From assembly GCA_965207445.1 (NCBI GenBank), contig CBDBLX010000002.1, positions 1 through 64,000 on the forward strand: a stretch of DNA of 64,000 nt. Direction: 5' to 3'. The translations under genes were made by a program, and so were the position numbers. Under the pieces are notes generated by a model. That model was given only the letters and a program-made list of their open reading frames with translations. It was not told the DNA's origin and did no database searches. Source of the stretch: Nitrosopumilus sp. (lineage in GTDB: Archaea; Thermoproteota; Nitrososphaeria; Nitrososphaerales; Nitrosopumilaceae). Of this stretch, positions 20,866 through 33,021 are shown piece after piece (the first letter of the stretch is position 1; each line of letters begins with the position of its first letter).

Positions 20866-21871
20866 GGTAATACGTAACTATCTGGACCTGATTTTTTGGA
20901 TAATTTGAACATTTAATTACACATTAAATGATCTTTTATGTAATGGGTCTGGAATGACTTGAATACTTGACTCTATCTTTGAAATATCTTTAACCAGAAT
21001 ATCTGTCAAGAGCTCAAACAAATTTTCATCTCTGTGGTTGTATCTAAACTCGATATACTTGAGATATAATGGGAAATATGTTTTTGGAACACCACGGTAT
21101 GCATACAGAAAATTTTTGGCAAAACTCCAAAAACCTTCAACACTGTTTATGTGCACATCATCTCTAACATATTCATCCTTACTATGAGTCACCACTTGAT
21201 GTGTACCAAGCTCATCAAGTGTGCCGTATGCAGTATGTTCATCTGTATAGTACAATGACTCTGGCATAGTATGCTTTTCAATTATGGGTCTGAGTGTTTT
21301 TTGCTTTCGATTAGGCACGATAAATGTACAAATTTGTCCATTTCTAGAATGTATACCAAAGACAAGTGTTTTTCCTGCAGCTCCCCAACCGCGTTTTCCT
21401 TTTCGATGACCTCCAAACATTGCCTCATCCAATTCTACTTCGCCATCAAAGATGAGTTTTGGAGATGTGTCATATATGGCCTGTCTGAATAACATGAATG
21501 TTTGCTCAATGGTACGAAGACTAACATCTTCATAAAATCTTATTTTGTATGCAGGAACTCCAAGAACAAACAGATATGCAAGATGTGAAACTGTATCCAG
21601 TGATATGCGAAGTTGCCCAAGGTAGATGTTTGTAAAATCACCAAACTTGTATTTACACCGCTTACATTGATATCTAGAACTCAGGCGATTTAGTTACCTG
21701 TTATTGCATTTTGGACAAACTCGCCTTCCTGCCCATCTTTTCTTGACAAAAAATGCCTTGCTTTTTGTCAAATTATTTGCTAAGATTTTTGGATGGTTGT
21801 TAGGCACTACCTAGGCATGAAATTATTTATCAATATGAACTTTTTCAAGGTCCAAATAGTTACGTATTACC
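20866..21871 (-). mobile_element. IS1595-family insertion sequence
   Basis: 24-bp TIRs GGTAATACGTAACTAT(C/T)TGGACCT; 8-bp TSD TAACTTAA (20858-20865, 21872-21879). Confidence 0.93.
20917..21807 (-). pseudogene. IS1595 transposase with one in-frame stop
   Basis: CPKC...CKRC Zn ribbon, VELDE, GKRGWGA, YTDE, HINSVEGFW, EFRYNHR; TAA at 21694-21696. Confidence 0.88.
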
Positions 21872-21875
21872 TAAC

Positions 21876-24245
21876 TTAATCCAATAATACAACTGGTTTT
21901 TTTGTAAGCCCAATCACCTCTACAGTGACGTGTCCCATCGCCTCATCTGTATTCCCAAGGCCACGACGTCCCATCGCAATTATATCAACATCAAGTTTGG
22001 TAGCAATCTCTACAATCTTTTTTGCAGGCATCCCCAATTTGACGATACGCACACAACTGTCCACTTGTGGTACTATTACACTTCGAAGAACTATATTCCC
22101 TTCATGACGCATCTGATCACCTAATTGTTCATCAGGATTCTCATCACTATCAGAGTCTTCATCAGTCCATTCCATCACATACAATAGATACACATGCAAT
22201 GCAGATGCATCTCTTAGCAGATAATTGGTATGATTGAGTGCTTGAAGTGAGTTTACAGAACCATCAATTGGCACCAAAACTTTGATTGGAGATTTACTTG
22301 ATGTGTGATCTTTGACGGATGATACAGACGACTCTTGATCATGGACATTACCAACGTCACGTATATAATCATTGTCTGTAAACATCTTTTTTGTAATCTC
22401 CTTTACACTATGTCGTGCCTCAACAATAGGTAAAACGATCACAACAATTGCACCAGCAACTGCCCAGATAATTGCCAGACTTACCCATGCAACAAACGAC
22501 GATAAAGTAAATACATATTCTGTAATAAAAAATGACAAGGGCCACACAATAACTAAAAAGACAGAAACACCAACTCCAAAACGTTTTGCCAACTTTAATG
22601 CGCGCTCCAGCATATGTGCATCTGCGTTGCGTCTCAGAGTAGAACGCATTCTATCATCAACTAAAAGTATGCGTTGTTTGAGATCCCTAAAGTCAAATCG
22701 TTCTGGGAATAGTAGACTACCCACTAGCGTAATCAACAAGCCTGACAGTATAGATGTTATATTTCCTACCAAAAGTGGAGTAAAGGTACCAGTAGACTCA
22801 ATACTAACTTGACCATCATACATCAAGTATGAGGTTCCCAACCACACCACAACACCCAACACCAAACCAAAGAGCGCTGCCACAATAGCAGCATATCTAT
22901 TAGTTCTACCCCACAATATTGATAGTGATATGGGTGCTACTGCTGAGCCTATCAAGATGCCCATCATCAAATACACATACTGCAGACCCACTCCTAGCTG
23001 AAAAAGCACAGAGCCTAGTATGCCCATACCGACTCCAAATAACAGAATTGTGAATCTCGATACGCGTATTAGTTGTCTGCCTGTAGCAGATGGCTTCAAG
23101 TAAGTTCTAAACACATCATATGTTATCAACGATGAGACACTCACCAATTGAGATGAGCCTGCAGCAGTCACCGCAGTAAATATTATTGCAAGTATCAGTA
23201 TGGCACCCATATCACCCATTATACTAACAGCAACAGTAGGTGCAACAAGACCCAATCCTATTTGGTTTTCACTAAGTGGTACACCAGTTGCAATGGCGGC
23301 CAATCCTAGTGTAGTGGCAAGTGTAAAGGGTATTGCAAACCAGACCAACCCGCCTATTGCAAATCCCCCAACAACAGAACCAGGCCTAGCTGCTATTGCC
23401 TTTTGCCAATATGATTGATCAACAAATACAGTTCCAAAATTCCCCACGATATTAATTACACCAAATGCCAAAGCCCCCATCGATGCCAATGTAAGAAAAC
23501 TACCCATTGCATTTCCTTCAACTGGACCAATAATAGCAGCAGTAGACAACTTTTCGTACATACCTACAATACCACCTATCTCAGGGGATACAAAATATAT
23601 CACAGATACAAACACAAGCACGACCACAAAGATAAAACCTGCATTTATGTATTCTGCAAAAAATGTAGCCTTTAATCCCCCAAATATTGTATATAAAATG
23701 ATACCCACAGGCAAAAAGAATGCTGCAAGTGTAATGTCAATTCCAGTCAACGAATTAACAACAGCAGCACCACCCAACACCAACATTGCAGTCACTAGTG
23801 TATTTGTCATCAATCCAAAAAATAAGAACACTTTATGCGCGTGTTTACCAAACCTTACATGTATCATCTCAGTGAATGTGTGTGTCATCGGAGCTTTGCG
23901 CTTTAACTCTATTGCAAGTATAGAAAACAAGATTATTTGAATACAGGCGCCAGCAGCATACCAAAATGAACCAGCAATACCAAACTCAAACGTGACCGTA
24001 GATGACTGAAGTAGAGTAGCGGCCCACGTCCAGGCAGACACGATAGAAGATGCAATGAGTCCGCTCTTTATTGTGCGGCCAGCAGTGTAAAACCACTCTG
24101 ATGTCTTACGTGTCCCAAGCCATTTTGTTTCTGCTTTGACCATCAAAGAGACAGTCAATGCCATGACGAGTCCCACGCCTATTAGAACCAAAAAACCTAT
24201 GCTTTCTGAGAGTATTGCAACCAAAGCACAAGTAACAAGCACCAT
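21876..24245 (-). CDS. Sodium:solute symporter (DUR3/urea-transporter-like) with C-terminal universal stress protein domain
   Basis: SAWTWAATLLQS, GNFGTVFVDQSYWQKAIAA; USP motifs VLVPIDGS, MGRRG, KPVVLL. Confidence 0.88.
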   Translation of the reverse strand: MVLVTCALVAILSESIGFLVLIGVGLVMALTVSLMVKAETKWLGTRKTSEWFYTAGRTIKSGLIASSIVSAWTWAATLLQSSTVTFEFGIAGSFWYAAGACIQIILFSILAIELKRKAPMTHTFTEMIHVRFGKHAHKVFLFFGLMTNTLVTAMLVLGGAAVVNSLTGIDITLAAFFLPVGIILYTIFGGLKATFFAEYINAGFIFVVVLVFVSVIYFVSPEIGGIVGMYEKLSTAAIIGPVEGNAMGSFLTLASMGALAFGVINIVGNFGTVFVDQSYWQKAIAARPGSVVGGFAIGGLVWFAIPFTLATTLGLAAIATGVPLSENQIGLGLVAPTVAVSIMGDMGAILILAIIFTAVTAAGSSQLVSVSSLITYDVFRTYLKPSATGRQLIRVSRFTILLFGVGMGILGSVLFQLGVGLQYVYLMMGILIGSAVAPISLSILWGRTNRYAAIVAALFGLVLGVVVWLGTSYLMYDGQVSIESTGTFTPLLVGNITSILSGLLITLVGSLLFPERFDFRDLKQRILLVDDRMRSTLRRNADAHMLERALKLAKRFGVGVSVFLVIVWPLSFFITEYVFTLSSFVAWVSLAIIWAVAGAIVVIVLPIVEARHSVKEITKKMFTDNDYIRDVGNVHDQESSVSSVKDHTSSKSPIKVLVPIDGSVNSLQALNHTNYLLRDASALHVYLLYVMEWTDEDSDSDENPDEQLGDQMRHEGNIVLRSVIVPQVDSCVRIVKLGMPAKKIVEIATKLDVDIIAMGRRGLGNTDEAMGHVTVEVIGLTKKPVVLLD

Positions 24246-24308
24246 CTAGTATTAAAGTAAAAATTTGTGATGAATGTGGTTGTTTTGTAATTATAATAAC
24301 GACAAATG

Positions 24309-24812
24309 TCAAACTCCGCCAAAATCATCAGGGCGCTTTAATATTCCGCCTTTTATCAATAGTTCGAGTTTTTCGTCGATCTCTTTGATGGATTTGATCT
24401 CATCTTGGCTTAGTTCTTCTCCAGCATCTGCTTTTTTGAGGATGCCGAGTGTCTCATAAAATAAAGGCACCAACACTTCCTGATGTACTCCAGGAGGAAT
24501 TTTGTACATGTATGGGTCAGATTCAATACTCACCTCTACTTCTGAGCGATATGCACTAGAGCGATATATGTGAATATAACCGAGTAAAGTTAAAAGTGGA
24601 AACCCGACTATAGTAATAATTACAATATACGTTGTAAAGTCTGGAAATACAGATAAAAGTGTAGGATAATTATCGATTGCAAGATAAAATGTCAAGGTGA
24701 GTGTATTAAGTACGCCAAATATAAACACAAAATACTCTGCATATCCAGTTCTAAAATATACCCAAGAACGAAACGGTATAGATCGGTTGGAGCTGTGACT
24801 GCCTATTGTCAA
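24309..24812 (-). CDS. Hypothetical 2-TM protein (paralog of 24809-25297)
   Basis: FRSWVYFRTGY...NTLTLTFYLA. Confidence 0.75.
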   Translation of the reverse strand: MTIGSHSSNRSIPFRSWVYFRTGYAEYFVFIFGVLNTLTLTFYLAIDNYPTLLSVFPDFTTYIVIITIVGFPLLTLLGYIHIYRSSAYRSEVEVSIESDPYMYKIPPGVHQEVLVPLFYETLGILKKADAGEELSQDEIKSIKEIDEKLELLIKGGILKRPDDFGGV

Positions 24813-25297
24813 TCATCAATTACCCCCTTTGGATATTTTCCTACAGAACCACCATCTGCCAAATGTTTAAGTTTAGCTCGAAGTTCGTCGATCTCTTTTA
24901 TCTCATTGTCAGTGAACTTTTCTGTGCGCATGCGCTTGAACATTAAATGTAATATCATTTTATAAGAAGGGCCAAATACCTCCGACTCAAATCCAGGTCG
25001 TAGCTTGTAATGGTATATGTAATTTTGTACCGAAACGGCCGAGTTTGCTGAATGCGCACCTATTCGTTTAAAGTGAATATATCCAGTCACAGACACTATT
25101 GGGATACCAAGTAATATTGCTGCTGTAACATATATCTCAAATGTTGGAAACAAGTATGTGATAAATGGAAAGTCATCAGCTGCCAAAAAGTAAGTCGATG
25201 TTAACACATTGATCCCACCAATTGCCAACATCAAATATACAGCATAGCCTGTTCGAAAGTAAAAGAGCAGTCGAAAAAATCTTCTCTGTTTTCGCAT
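24809..25297 (-). CDS. Hypothetical 2-TM protein (paralog of 24309-24812)
   Basis: FRLLFYFRTGY...NVLTSTYFLA; ATGA overlap with the next gene. Confidence 0.75.
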   Translation of the reverse strand: MRKQRRFFRLLFYFRTGYAVYLMLAIGGINVLTSTYFLAADDFPFITYLFPTFEIYVTAAILLGIPIVSVTGYIHFKRIGAHSANSAVSVQNYIYHYKLRPGFESEVFGPSYKMILHLMFKRMRTEKFTDNEIKEIDELRAKLKHLADGGSVGKYPKGVIDD

Positions 25298-25529
25298 GAT
25301 TCAATCATTGATACTAGACATAAAAAGTTCACCGTGTAACTAAGAATCCAAAATATTGGTCAAAATGATGTGTTGTGAGAGTCACGCAAGCATTACATTG
25401 CTGTAAAAATCAGTTGGGTAGAATAAATCTCAGAAAATTAGTGCTCAAAACTATATTCTGCACACAGGACAACATAGCAAGACACGATCAAATGAAAAAA
25501 TACATATTACAGATATACATACGATATAC

Positions 25530-26075
25530 ATGAAAATGATAGATACCATTGATGAACTCTTACTTTCTGCACTAAGCCAAGATGCAAGACAATCTACATT
25601 TGAGATCTGGGATTACATTAGAGGGTTTGGATATAATATCTCAGAAGAAGAGATAGAATCACGCAAGCGTGAGTTAGAGGAGAGTGGCATTATCAAAGGA
25701 TATACAATATCAATTGATACAAAAAAGATACCAGGAAGAGTCATACGGGTAGACCTAGTCACGTTTAGAACATCACAGGTATTGCAAAAGAGATTAGAAG
25801 GGCTCAAACAGTATTTGAAAGATGCACCGTTTGTCGCTTTTTCTGGTAGAACACGTGGCGGTTACGATTGGATTACAATAAAATCATTTTTAAATACAGA
25901 GATGGCAGATGAGGAGAGTGACATTTACCGTAACTTGTTCGGTGACATATTACAAACATATGAAGTGTATGACTTTGTCCCACAATCAGATGCTACCATG
26001 TATGCAATGTCATATACGAAATCAGATTATCAAGAATTTTTAAAAGAGTGGATCCCGCCGTTTATAGGAAAATGA
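25530..26075 (+). CDS. Lrp/AsnC-family regulator
   Basis: LSQDARQS...LEESGIIKGYT. Confidence 0.85.
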   Translation: MKMIDTIDELLLSALSQDARQSTFEIWDYIRGFGYNISEEEIESRKRELEESGIIKGYTISIDTKKIPGRVIRVDLVTFRTSQVLQKRLEGLKQYLKDAPFVAFSGRTRGGYDWITIKSFLNTEMADEESDIYRNLFGDILQTYEVYDFVPQSDATMYAMSYTKSDYQEFLKEWIPPFIGK

Positions 26076-27026
26076 TTATTGGTCACCAGAGCAATGCGTG
26101 CGCTTGTATCTTAGAGTATCATCTATCATAGTATGAGTCTGTCTTCGAACATCCATCAAAAATGTAATTAACTCGACTTTGTCCTTTGAGCGTATCTTGT
26201 TGGTATCTTCTATCAACTCATCAATTCTTGATAATGCAATTCGTAGTGCAAGTACACTTCGTCGAACTATAATGGTCTCCTTTTTTTTCAGATTGGTGCT
26301 AGAATTATTATTATTATTATTATTGTCGTATTGTAAATCAGTCTGATCACTAGGCTCCAGTCCGGAATAATCAAATCCGATTCCATTATTATTACCAGGA
26401 TTGCTTGCTTGCTTCATCTCATTTTTTAGCTGTCGTATCTGCTTTACAGTCATTTTGTTATCTATGATCTCTTGTGCCAACTCTTGAGTTTTTGAGCCAA
26501 GTTTAGAGTCTGTAAGCTCCAGTGCTTGACTGACGCTTAACGTATGTTGTTCTACACTGTTACGCACCTTTTCAGGTAGTTTGAGTAATTGCATTCTGTG
26601 CGAGACATACTCTTCACTCTTTCCAATATGTTTTGCAAGCTCACTTATACCACCCCAACCAAAATCAACCACATACTTTTGATACGACATGGCCTCTTCT
26701 ATTGGGTCAAGTGTTTTGCGTTGTAGATTTTCAGTAATCTGAATCTCATATGCCTGCTTGTCTGTAAACTCTACTATTTTGCACAATATATGTCGCCAAT
26801 GAAGTGATTTGCAAGCGGCAAATCTTCGATGTCCTGCTACAATCTCAAATCCTCTATCAAGTGGTCGTATGATAATTGGTTGAAGTAATCCATGATCTCG
26901 AATGCTCTTTTTGAGCCCTTCTAATTCTGGTGAGTTTTTCGGATCAAGGCAACGTGTAGGAAATTGTGAAGGTCTTATCATACGAACCTCGATCTGCTCT
27001 ACAAGTGACGTATCATATGATTCCAT
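26076..27026 (-). CDS. ParB/Spo0J-family protein
   Basis: GLLQPIIIR, IVAGHRRF, ENLQRKTLDPIEEA, HTH. Confidence 0.9.
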   Translation of the reverse strand: MESYDTSLVEQIEVRMIRPSQFPTRCLDPKNSPELEGLKKSIRDHGLLQPIIIRPLDRGFEIVAGHRRFAACKSLHWRHILCKIVEFTDKQAYEIQITENLQRKTLDPIEEAMSYQKYVVDFGWGGISELAKHIGKSEEYVSHRMQLLKLPEKVRNSVEQHTLSVSQALELTDSKLGSKTQELAQEIIDNKMTVKQIRQLKNEMKQASNPGNNNGIGFDYSGLEPSDQTDLQYDNNNNNNNSSTNLKKKETIIVRRSVLALRIALSRIDELIEDTNKIRSKDKVELITFLMDVRRQTHTMIDDTLRYKRTHCSGDQ

Positions 27027-27185
27027 GATATATGATAAAGGGTATCAAGTATTTATGATTTTTGTATAAAATATGTAATTTTAGTCATTAAATAGTTGTT
27101 TCATCAAATTAATTTATTAAAATAGACTATATCTAGAAATATTTAAGATATAAAATAAAATTACAAGGTGATAAATTCATGGCAT

Positions 27186-27295
27186 AGTTAACGTCTAGCG
27201 TCACCAAAGAGTACAATACATAGCTATACGGTTTGCTGTGATGACATGAGGCATGCCAGTTAACGTCTAGCGTCACCAAAGAGTACGATACATAG
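27186..27295. repeat. 38-bp direct repeat x2 separated by 34 bp
   Basis: AGTTAACGTCTAGCGTCACCAAAGAGTAC(A/G)ATACATAG at 27186 and 27258. Confidence 0.9.
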
Positions 27296-27436
27296 AGATA
27301 CAACTATTCAAACTGCAGTATTGTAAAGATGAATTGTAAATGATTTTGTTCAATTATCATCGCATGTGACGTATAATTTTTGTTTTGCTGTAAGTAATCA
27401 TTTTATATATAAATTAAGGTATTTATAAATAATTTA

Positions 27437-27664
27437 ATGTGTCCATCCGAATACAAAAATAATACACGTTTTTTATCAAAAAGAATAGTGGCATCAACTA
27501 CCAAATACACAACAATTTACTGCAACAATTGCAAAAAGATACTAGGTAAATACAATGCTAAATTTTACAATAATGAGAAGATAAATGAAATGCTAAAAAC
27601 TGTCCATATTATACATATTAAAAATGGTCATACAATACAGATTAAAAAAAATATATCCATTTAA
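27437..27664 (+). CDS. Small putative Zn-binding protein
   Basis: CNNC plus HxxHxxxGH; start uncertain. Confidence 0.5.
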   Translation: MCPSEYKNNTRFLSKRIVASTTKYTTIYCNNCKKILGKYNAKFYNNEKINEMLKTVHIIHIKNGHTIQIKKNISI

Positions 27665-27786
27665 TTTAAGATGAGATATTACATGCAACAAACCACTCAG
27701 TGTGTAGACACAAATAAAACACATAGAAAAAATAAAACTATTTTGTTATAGAGACAAAACTAATTTTATAATTAATTAATTTATTA

Positions 27787-28356
27787 TCATAATAATTTTA
27801 ATTTGCGCATTGCACTAGGTGCATCCTTTAAAGAAAATATACGTATAATCTTTTGAACATTAGAATCTGCAACATTGGTGTTCCAAGGTTGATTGTATAG
27901 TATGATCTTTTTATCTTTGCCCAAAAACGCTTGTGCATTTATAGGTGAGTCATCTATAAACACATCATAATTCAAATCTGATTTCATATGTCCTGATGCA
28001 ACTGAGACATATTTGTTATACAAAACGCCTTGTTGTTTGAGCCATAATTTGACATTGTTATTGGTACTAGGCGATCTAGCAGTTACGATATCCACAGTAT
28101 CACCTAGATTAGATAATATTTGAGTGGTATTTGCCAAATCAGATTCAGTTGGAGGGATCGACTCCCACGAGTCCCAACACGAATTTAGTTGTTGGTAAAA
28201 GTCACGCTTTTTGATGCCATGCTTTGACCAAAAATCCCAACTTGACATATCATGAGTGTACAATGGCACAAGTCTTCCAGGATTTGTAAGAGCAAGCCAT
28301 GCTGTCATGACATCTGCCAAAACACCATCTACATCAAGTGCAATATGTAGGGACAT
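27787..28356 (-). CDS. HAD-superfamily 5'(3')-deoxyribonucleotidase-like
   Basis: DVDGVLAD, VTAR, FIDDSP, QPWN. Confidence 0.85.
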   Translation of the reverse strand: MSLHIALDVDGVLADVMTAWLALTNPGRLVPLYTHDMSSWDFWSKHGIKKRDFYQQLNSCWDSWESIPPTESDLANTTQILSNLGDTVDIVTARSPSTNNNVKLWLKQQGVLYNKYVSVASGHMKSDLNYDVFIDDSPINAQAFLGKDKKIILYNQPWNTNVADSNVQKIIRIFSLKDAPSAMRKLKLL

Positions 28357-29438
28357 CAGATCTCTCTTTGAAATTCTTCAAGTAATTGTCTTTGCTTGCG
28401 GTTGAGTTTTTTTGGTATGTCAACTTGTAAATGAACAAACATGTCGCCCTTGCCGCGACTGCGTATATGAGACACGCCCTTACCTCTTATTTTGATGATA
28501 TCATCGGGTTGGCTCCCAGAGTCTATGTTGATGCGCTCTTTGCCATCTAATGTCGGAACAGTCATTGTTAACCCCAATGCTGCATCTACCATTGATATAG
28601 GAAGACTCATGTGAATGTCCTTACCATCACGCTCAAATAGTTCGTGTTTTTTTACTCGTACACGTACTATTAGATCACCATTATGCCCATCAGGAACCTC
28701 ATCGCCTTCACCAGATATTGTATAATCGCCATCTACAACACCAGGCGGTATTCTAAATCCTATCTCCTTTTTAGCCTTGTAGGTACCTCTGCCTTTGCAT
28801 TCTTTACATGGAGATTCAATCATAAAACCTTGTCCTCGACATTCACGACACGGGGACATGGTCACAAATGATGCAAATCCCATTCTTCGAGACCGCTGTA
28901 CTTGACCACGCCCGCCGCATGGATGGCATACGATTTTCTTGGTTCCCTCACGGCATCCAGATCCCATACATGTTTTACATATGATCTGTTTTTGTATATT
29001 GATTTCAACAGGTGTACCATGAAGCACGTCTTCTAGTGTGACTGTTGTTTCGTATAGACGATCAGCGCCTTGTCTTTGAGATGGCCCACCACCACCACCA
29101 CCACGTTGTCCCCCAAACATCTGCTCAAACAGTGAATCAAATCCGCTACCGCCAAATACATCATCAAAGTTCCCACGCGCACCACTGAATATATCCTCTG
29201 TACTATATTTGCCATCTACACCCGCATGTCCATGTTGATCATATAATTGTCGCTTTGTCTCATCAGACAATACTGCATAAGCCTCAGATATCTCTTTGAA
29301 ATGCTCAGCAGCATCAGTAGTATTGTTTCGGTCTGGATGAAACTTTAGTGCGAGTTTACGATACTGTTTTTTAATATCAGATGTCGATGCGTTCTTATCA
29401 ACACCTAAAACCTCATAATAGTCACGTTTCGCACTCAT
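28356..29438 (-). CDS. dnaJ: Chaperone DnaJ
   Basis: J domain HPD, CxxCxGxG repeats. Confidence 0.97.
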   Translation of the reverse strand: MSAKRDYYEVLGVDKNASTSDIKKQYRKLALKFHPDRNNTTDAAEHFKEISEAYAVLSDETKRQLYDQHGHAGVDGKYSTEDIFSGARGNFDDVFGGSGFDSLFEQMFGGQRGGGGGGPSQRQGADRLYETTVTLEDVLHGTPVEINIQKQIICKTCMGSGCREGTKKIVCHPCGGRGQVQRSRRMGFASFVTMSPCRECRGQGFMIESPCKECKGRGTYKAKKEIGFRIPPGVVDGDYTISGEGDEVPDGHNGDLIVRVRVKKHELFERDGKDIHMSLPISMVDAALGLTMTVPTLDGKERINIDSGSQPDDIIKIRGKGVSHIRSRGKGDMFVHLQVDIPKKLNRKQRQLLEEFQREI

Positions 29439-29480
29439 AAAGCATCACATCTATAATTTATGTATAAACGATCAGGTGGT

Positions 29481-31523
29481 TTATACTGTAGAGTCAGTCT
29501 TGTTTTCTGATTTAGTATCGGATTTGTTGCTATCGTTGTTGTTATTATCATTATTATTATCACCATTATTATTATTATCACCATTATCGCTACCAGTAGT
29601 GTTAGACGATTCTGAACTATCACCAGCACTTTGTGTTTGATTTGGATCCATCTTTTCAAATACATCTTCACCTGGTTGCCCTTGGCCGAATCCTCCTCCA
29701 GCACCAGCATCCGCAGCACCGGCAGCAGCACCGGCAGCAGCACCACCCGCACCGGCAGCTGCATCCGCAGCAGCTTTTTGATACAACTCTGTAGAGATTT
29801 TATTTACAATATCTTTGAGCACGTCAAGTTTTGATCGCAGTTCTTCAGGCTCTTTGTCAAGTGCTTCTTTGACCTCACGTGAGGCATCTGTAATCTTTAT
29901 GCCTTGTTCTTGAGTTATCTTGTCTTTGAGATCATGGTTCACCATCTTCTCAGTAGTGTATATGAAACTCTCGGCCTCATTTTTCAAATCTATCTTTTCT
30001 TTCTTCTTTTTGTCTTCCTCTGAGAATTTTTCTGCATCCTCTTTGAGTTTTTCAATTTCGTCTTTTGACAACTTACTAGACGACTCGATTGTAATCTTTG
30101 CCTCTTTTTGTGTTCCCAAGTCCTTTGCAGTCACGTTGATAATTCCATTTGCATCAATGTCAAACTTAACCTCTATCTGTGGAACACCCCTTGGTGCAGG
30201 AGGTATATCAGTAAGATTAAAGCTGCCCAAAGACACATTATCTACTGTCATTGGACGCTCACCCTGCACAACATGAATCGTAACAGCAGTTTGACTGTCA
30301 GCAGCAGTAGTAAAGACCTTTGATTTTGATGTAGGTATGGTTGTATTGCGCTCTATGAGTGGTTCTCGAACTCCACCAAGTGTCTCGATACCAAGTGTGA
30401 GCGGCGTCACATCGAGTAGTACTATATCACTAGTAACGTCACCTGCTATGATACCTGCTTGAATTGCAGCACCCATCGCTACTGCCTCCATAGGATCAAC
30501 ACCAGATTCGGACTCTTTTCCAACAACCTCACTTACAAACTTACGCACAAGTGGAATGCGTGTAGGTCCTCCGACCATTACGATCTTGTCTATATCAGGT
30601 TGGCCAACATTAGCATCCTCTAATGCTTTGAGGATAGAAGGTTTGCAGCGTTGAATAATAGGTTCAATGAGCTCATCAAGTTTTGCTCGGCTTATTCGAA
30701 TCTCTAGATTTTTGGAACCAGTTGATGGATCATGTGCAATAAATGGTAGATTAACATCAGTCTCCATTACAGTGGATAGTTCAATCTTTGCTTTTTCTGC
30801 TGCTTCGCGCACACGCGTCATGGCAGTTGCATCAGAGGATAGATCAACGCCTTCTTTCTTTTTAAACTCATCAATTATATAATCAATTAATACTTTATCC
30901 ATATCAGTTCCACCTAGTTGAGTGTCGCCAGATGTACTCATAACCTCAAATACGCCACCACCCATCTCCATTATAGTGACATCAAGTGTGCCACCACCAA
31001 AGTCAAAGACGAGAATCTTCATGTCTTCTTTTGCTTTGTCAAGCCCAAATGCAAGGGATGCAGCAGTAGGTTCATTTATGATGCGAACGACATCGAGTCC
31101 AGCAATCGTACCTGCATCTTTTGTTGCTTGGCGTTGATTATCATCAAAGTATGCAGGAACCGTAATAACTGCTTTTTCGACCGTTTCACCTACAAATGCT
31201 TCTGCGTCTTTTTTGATCTTTTGTAAAATAAATGCAGATATCTGTTGTGGTTTGTACTCTTTGTCTTGCACCTTGAATGCATACTCAGAACCCATCTTTC
31301 GCTTTGCGGCTACTATAGTATTTGTCGGATTTGTGACTGCTTGTCTACGGGCAGGCTCACCTACCAATAGTTCACCTTCTTTTGTAAACGCAACAACAGA
31401 TGGAAATGCCTTACCACCTATTGTAGCTCCTTCAGCAGCTGGAATAATTGTGGGTTTGCCACCCATCATTACAGCAGCAGCAGAATTACTTGTTCCTAGA
31501 TCGATACCTATAACTTTGCTCAT
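29481..31523 (-). CDS. dnaK: Chaperone DnaK
   Basis: [23 protein letters not shown]. Confidence 0.98.
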   Translation of the reverse strand: MSKVIGIDLGTSNSAAAVMMGGKPTIIPAAEGATIGGKAFPSVVAFTKEGELLVGEPARRQAVTNPTNTIVAAKRKMGSEYAFKVQDKEYKPQQISAFILQKIKKDAEAFVGETVEKAVITVPAYFDDNQRQATKDAGTIAGLDVVRIINEPTAASLAFGLDKAKEDMKILVFDFGGGTLDVTIMEMGGGVFEVMSTSGDTQLGGTDMDKVLIDYIIDEFKKKEGVDLSSDATAMTRVREAAEKAKIELSTVMETDVNLPFIAHDPSTGSKNLEIRISRAKLDELIEPIIQRCKPSILKALEDANVGQPDIDKIVMVGGPTRIPLVRKFVSEVVGKESESGVDPMEAVAMGAAIQAGIIAGDVTSDIVLLDVTPLTLGIETLGGVREPLIERNTTIPTSKSKVFTTAADSQTAVTIHVVQGERPMTVDNVSLGSFNLTDIPPAPRGVPQIEVKFDIDANGIINVTAKDLGTQKEAKITIESSSKLSKDEIEKLKEDAEKFSEEDKKKKEKIDLKNEAESFIYTTEKMVNHDLKDKITQEQGIKITDASREVKEALDKEPEELRSKLDVLKDIVNKISTELYQKAAADAAAGAGGAAAGAAAGAADAGAGGGFGQGQPGEDVFEKMDPNQTQSAGDSSESSNTTGSDNGDNNNNGDNNNDNNNNDSNKSDTKSENKTDSTV

Positions 31524-31527
31524 ATTT

Positions 31528-32265
31528 TCACTCCTTTTTTGAAATGACGACCATTGTAGGCCTTATAATCGTATTTCTAAACGTGTAACCGCGCCGTACC
31601 TCTTGAATAACTGTATTATCATCAAGGGTGGGGTCTATTTGAGTAGATATTGCTTCGTGTGTATTTGGATCAAATATTTCACCTAGTGCATCGATGGGAC
31701 GTACCTCATATTTTCCTAATACAGAATCCATATTGCGTAGTACAGAATCAAGCCCGCTTACATCAATATTGTTTTTAGTAAATGCATCACGAGCGCGAAT
31801 AAAGTCATCGCGTATATCTACTAAACTCGTCATCACATCACGGGTCTGTTGCATGACACGGTTGTCAATATCAGATGCAGTGCGTTTTGAGAGGTTCTGA
31901 TAGTCTGCAAGTGCTAGTCGAAGCTTTTGCTCAAACTCAGAGGATCTTGTTTTTTCCTTTTCTAATAATACAGATAAAGATTCGTTGTCGACGTTATCGT
32001 TGCAAGTGTCGTCGTAAGTGTCGTTGTTGGAGTTATCGTTGTTGGAGTTATCGTTGTTGGTATCATTACCGTTGTGTGGGGTATCCTCTGATCGCTCAGC
32101 TGGTTCAACAACAGGTGTATCATTGTGTGTCGTATTAACATCAGAATTGGTCTGATTATTAATATGATCATCTTTACTTGTTAAATTTACTATAGGTACA
32201 TCATCATCTGTTATCTCTAATTCTTTGTACTCTTTTATCTGAGGGTCATCATTATTTTGTGACAT
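31528..32265 (-). CDS. grpE: Nucleotide exchange factor GrpE
   Basis: [19 protein letters not shown]...IRP. Confidence 0.95.
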   Translation of the reverse strand: MSQNNDDPQIKEYKELEITDDDVPIVNLTSKDDHINNQTNSDVNTTHNDTPVVEPAERSEDTPHNGNDTNNDNSNNDNSNNDTYDDTCNDNVDNESLSVLLEKEKTRSSEFEQKLRLALADYQNLSKRTASDIDNRVMQQTRDVMTSLVDIRDDFIRARDAFTKNNIDVSGLDSVLRNMDSVLGKYEVRPIDALGEIFDPNTHEAISTQIDPTLDDNTVIQEVRRGYTFRNTIIRPTMVVISKKE

Positions 32266-32730
32266 TATATCTAGTCTTTACAAGCAACTTATAATTTAAC
32301 GGTAAATTGTTCTTGTGATGAATAATCTATCATTACAATTATACAAATTCTTGATTGTTTTTTTTTGTTATTAAAACTAATCATAAAAAATTAACGTGTT
32401 GCATAATTCGTAAATTTATACTCCTCCGGGGTCGTGGCCATGTGGTCTGAGCCGCGCAACCTTGTCGTTACATGATTCGAAGCCACTCAAATGCTCTGTA
32501 AACTGGACAGGAAGACTGTCTGCCTCAAGATATGATGCCAGCGGGTGTGCCAAGTTACACCTACAACAAGCCATAAGCGGGCCGTGCTTCAAGCCTACAA
32601 AGTGTACGCGCAAAACATGGCGTGGGATACGCCTTGGTATTTTATGTGTACATACATATATCTTCATATTTGTATTTAATCTGTACAATGTGCCATTATA
32701 CAACAGTGTAAATGTGCAAATAGGTTAAAT

Positions 32731-33018
32731 ATGCATGACGGAAGGATTTCCGTAGACAAAAGTACAAACAAAACGCAGCGTGACATCATCAGAATCATCG
32801 ATGAGTTGAAAAACTTTGGTACAAGGTGCCAGAGGATACCAAAGGCCACACAATCAATCTTTGCCGACTCAGCAAGGGTGCACGGTATACAGGTGGCCGA
32901 CGCGTTCGCTTACTGTGCCTTGCAGCATAGCAAGAAAAACGAGCAGTTTGACAGCTACTGGGAGGTCATCCGCAACAAACTGGGGAGAAACGACCTAAAG
33001 ACAATACCTGCCAGCTAG
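32731..33018 (+). pseudogene. DUF3800-family protein, C-terminal fragment
   Basis: ISVD...IFADS...GIQVADAFAY; N-terminus replaced by the element arm. Confidence 0.7.
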
Positions 33019-33021
33019 CGT

